10,226 nucleotides of DNA from Calditrichia bacterium. Lineage in GTDB: Bacteria; Calditrichota; Calditrichia; RBG-13-44-9. The position numbers were made by a program, and so were the translations under genes. The notes under the pieces are model-generated. The model was given only the letters and a program-made list of their open reading frames with translations. It did not search any database and was not told the DNA's origin. Within the stretch, counting starts at the first letter, position 1; each line of letters begins with the position of its first letter. The stretch spans positions 1-10,226 of the forward strand of contig JARRQT010000108.1 in NCBI GenBank assembly GCA_037381445.1, written 5' to 3'. This document shows, piece after piece, positions 7,492-10,226 of the stretch.

Positions 7492-10226
7492 ATGAATAAA
7501 ACCTCGCTTTTGCCCCGCATAGGCGTGAACAGACCGGTCTCAACCATTGTCGGGTTGCTGGCCGTTATTGTGGTAGGTTTTATTGCCTATAACCAGATTC
7601 CCATTGAATTGCTGCCCAGCGGGTTTAGTCCGCCGTTCCTGGGGGCCTGGGTTTCATACCGCAATGCCAATCCGCAGGAGGTGGAAGAGCAGATAGCACG
7701 ACCGATTGAAGAGCAGGTCCGAACCATCAACGGTTTAAAAAAGGTAGAAACCTACAGCGGCAGCGACGGCTGCTGGATCTGGCTGGAGTTTAACCAGGGC
7801 ACGGATATGGATCTGGCCTACGACCAGCTTCGCGACAGAATGGAGCGGACCCGCGCTGTTTTGCCGCAGGATCTCGAAAGATATTTCCTGAGGAAATTCG
7901 GACGGAATGATCCGCCGGTTATTTTCCTTTCCATCTCCCTGCCGGATAATGTGGAAGATCCCTACTATCTGGTCGACCATTTCATAAAACGGCCCATTGA
8001 ACGAATCGATGGGGTGGCCAATATAGACATCTGGGGCGCATACGAGAAGGTAATCCAGATCCTTATCGATCAGGACAAAGTGAAGGCTTACGGAGTAAAT
8101 CTTTTCGAGCTTATCAATAAACTCCGAAATGATAATTTTGCCATCTCCTCCGGCTGGGTGTCGGAAGGTGAAAAGAAATTCCTGGTCCGTTCGGTGGGGC
8201 GTTTCCGCAATCTGGAACAGATTCAAAATCTGCCAATTGATCAGAAAGGACTTAAAGTCGGGGACATTGCAGATGTCGTATATGATGTGCCGGAGAGGGA
8301 CTGGTATCAGCGAATTAACGGCAGACCGGCATTCAAACTGGAGATATCGAAGGAATCACTGGCCAACACGGTGGCCCTGAGCCGGAAACTGCGAAAAATT
8401 ATTGAGGACGATATAAGTAAACTGCCTGCCCTGAAGGGCGCGGAAATCAATATCCTTTTTGCGCAGGGCGACCTGATCATCGATTCCATAAACAACCTGA
8501 TCAGCACCGCACTATGGGGAGGTTTTTTTGCACTGCTGGTTATCTATTTTTTCCTGCGGCGTTTCCGGATGACATTTATTATGACAGTCGCCATTCCTCT
8601 TTCGGTTCTTATCTCGCTCACTATCATATACTTTATGGGATGGACACTGAATACCATAACCATGATGGGACTGATGATCAGTGTGGGAATGGTGGTTGAT
8701 AATGCCATCGTGGTGCTGGAAAATATTTACCGCAAGCGCAATCAGGGATTGGACCCGAAAGATGCTTCAATCAGCGGTGCCAGCGAGGTGATGCTGGCGG
8801 TCACCATGGCGACGCTGACCACCATCGTGGTGTTTCTCCCCATGTTATTGATAAAAGACCAGTCCGGTTTTTTCAGCTTTTATCTCAAACGCATCGGTCT
8901 TCCGGTCATATTTGCACTCCTGGCTTCACTGATGGTTGCTTTGATATTAATTCCCATGGCTACTACTAAATTGATTTCCGGGAAACCGGTCCCTGAGTTG
9001 AAAATTATTGCGGCCGGCCGCAGTTTTTATAAAAGTTCGCTGTCTTTTGTGCTGAAACACCGGCTTGATGCAGTATTCGTTATCCTGGGGATTGTATTGC
9101 TGACCTTTCAGGTTCTGATTCCGGCTGTGCCAAAATCGGATTCCAATCCGGGAAATATCAGTGATTTCTTTCTGGTTTTCGATCTGCCACATAATTATAC
9201 CCTGGATGATGCCAATCAATTTTTCCATTCCGTTGAGGATACAATCTCTGCCCATGCGACGGAATACGATGTAAAAGCGGTCGATACCCAATTCCGCAGC
9301 GTGAGGGGGCGCATCCGGGTATTTCTCAATCCACCGGAGAAAGACCAATGGTACAAGGCAGTATACCGGGGCCTGCGTTCAGCAATTGGCTTGCCCCTGC
9401 ATTCAAAAATGGACAAGGATGAAGTGCTCGCGGACTTAAAAAAGCGGCTGCCGCTGCGGCCGGGAATCAAATTTCGCACCTCATGGCGGGGTGGATCAGA
9501 CACGGGTGAAGATGGAACGGTTTCCATTATGCTGTATGGGGATGACACCGGAAAGCTGGTTGAGCTGGCAAAGGAGGTGGAAAGGAGAATGCGCTTGCTC
9601 CCGGGCGTCATAAGCGTGGAAACGGATCGCGAACTCGGGGGGGACGAAATAAAAGTGAGTATGGACCGGCAGGTTGCCCAGCGCAATGGGATCAATCCCA
9701 ACCAGATTGCCTATACGCTTATGTATGCTGTGCGGGGAATGACACTGCCCAGATTTCATTCCGGCGATAAAGAAATTGAAGTCCGAATTCAGTTCAAAGA
9801 AGAGGACAGGAAAAATCTTGAGCAGTTAAAAAATATTACATTTTTAAACAGGGACGGAAAATCTGTGCCCTTATCCGCGCTGGCCTCATTCACAATTGAG
9901 AAAGGCTTCGGACAGATTCCGCGGGAAAACGGGAAGACATTTCTGGCTGTAAAGGCCCGGACCACCCGCAATGATTTGATGAAAATTTCCAATCAGATTG
10001 ATATGCTGATGAAGGATTTTAAGCTTCCCTATGGCTACTCCTGGGAAAAGGGTGACCGGTTCAGCCGCTGGCGGCAGCTGGGTGCCAATTTCCAGCAGGC
10101 CATGCTGATCTCCGTGGTGTTTGTCTTTCTGCTCATGGGAATTCTATTTGAATCTTTCGTCCTGCCGCTTTCAGTGATTATTGCCATTCCGCTATCTCTT
10201 TTCGGTGCCTATCTCATGCTGTTTGT
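7492..10226 (+). CDS. AcrB/AcrD/AcrF-family RND permease 2; 3'-truncated by the window edge, not in the ORF track
   Basis: ATG 7492 follows AAGGT (7478-7482). Frame +1 reads MNKTSLLPRIGVNRPV...YRNANPQEVEEQIARPIEE...GMVVDNAIVVLENIYR...ATLTTIVVFLP...LMGILFESFVLPLSVIIAIP and is open for 911 codons to the end of the window. Confidence 0.95.
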   Translation, partial: MNKTSLLPRIGVNRPVSTIVGLLAVIVVGFIAYNQIPIELLPSGFSPPFLGAWVSYRNANPQEVEEQIARPIEEQVRTINGLKKVETYSGSDGCWIWLEFNQGTDMDLAYDQLRDRMERTRAVLPQDLERYFLRKFGRNDPPVIFLSISLPDNVEDPYYLVDHFIKRPIERIDGVANIDIWGAYEKVIQILIDQDKVKAYGVNLFELINKLRNDNFAISSGWVSEGEKKFLVRSVGRFRNLEQIQNLPIDQKGLKVGDIADVVYDVPERDWYQRINGRPAFKLEISKESLANTVALSRKLRKIIEDDISKLPALKGAEINILFAQGDLIIDSINNLISTALWGGFFALLVIYFFLRRFRMTFIMTVAIPLSVLISLTIIYFMGWTLNTITMMGLMISVGMVVDNAIVVLENIYRKRNQGLDPKDASISGASEVMLAVTMATLTTIVVFLPMLLIKDQSGFFSFYLKRIGLPVIFALLASLMVALILIPMATTKLISGKPVPELKIIAAGRSFYKSSLSFVLKHRLDAVFVILGIVLLTFQVLIPAVPKSDSNPGNISDFFLVFDLPHNYTLDDANQFFHSVEDTISAHATEYDVKAVDTQFRSVRGRIRVFLNPPEKDQWYKAVYRGLRSAIGLPLHSKMDKDEVLADLKKRLPLRPGIKFRTSWRGGSDTGEDGTVSIMLYGDDTGKLVELAKEVERRMRLLPGVISVETDRELGGDEIKVSMDRQVAQRNGINPNQIAYTLMYAVRGMTLPRFHSGDKEIEVRIQFKEEDRKNLEQLKNITFLNRDGKSVPLSALASFTIEKGFGQIPRENGKTFLAVKARTTRNDLMKISNQIDMLMKDFKLPYGYSWEKGDRFSRWRQLGANFQQAMLISVVFVFLLMGILFESFVLPLSVIIAIPLSLFGAYLMLF

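Noticed and set aside
103..9992. Minus-strand and alternate-frame ORFs in the track (e.g. 103..564, 565..1089, 2835..3290, 5172..5648, 7735..8226, 8129..8380, 9216..9701)
   Set aside because: They overlap well-supported + strand genes and show no recognisable motifs, so they are shadow ORFs.

Overview
Gram-negative-type bacterial window with all credible genes on the + strand. The left part is a housekeeping cluster: the 3' end of a GT9 LPS heptosyltransferase, a YrdC-type tsaC and a low-molecular-weight protein phosphatase. Next is a damaged membrane protein, probably an HExxH zinc metallopeptidase, with an in-frame TAG and an apparent deletion. The right part is an RND efflux operon: a lipoprotein adaptor (MFP) and two tandem AcrB-family permeases. 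Permease 1 (4036-7444) has three lesions visible in the sequence: an in-frame loss of about 33 codons that removes TM4, a -1 frameshift in a window containing T5A6, and an exact 8-bp tandem duplication (GTTAAAGA x2). Permease 2 (7492 to the window end) is missing from the ORF track and is an uninterrupted frame. I found no RNA genes, CRISPR arrays or mobile elements, and no convincing evidence of a wholly new system. The best leads are the lesions, which could be real pseudogenisation, recoding or assembly error, and the atypical two-permease pump with large insertions.
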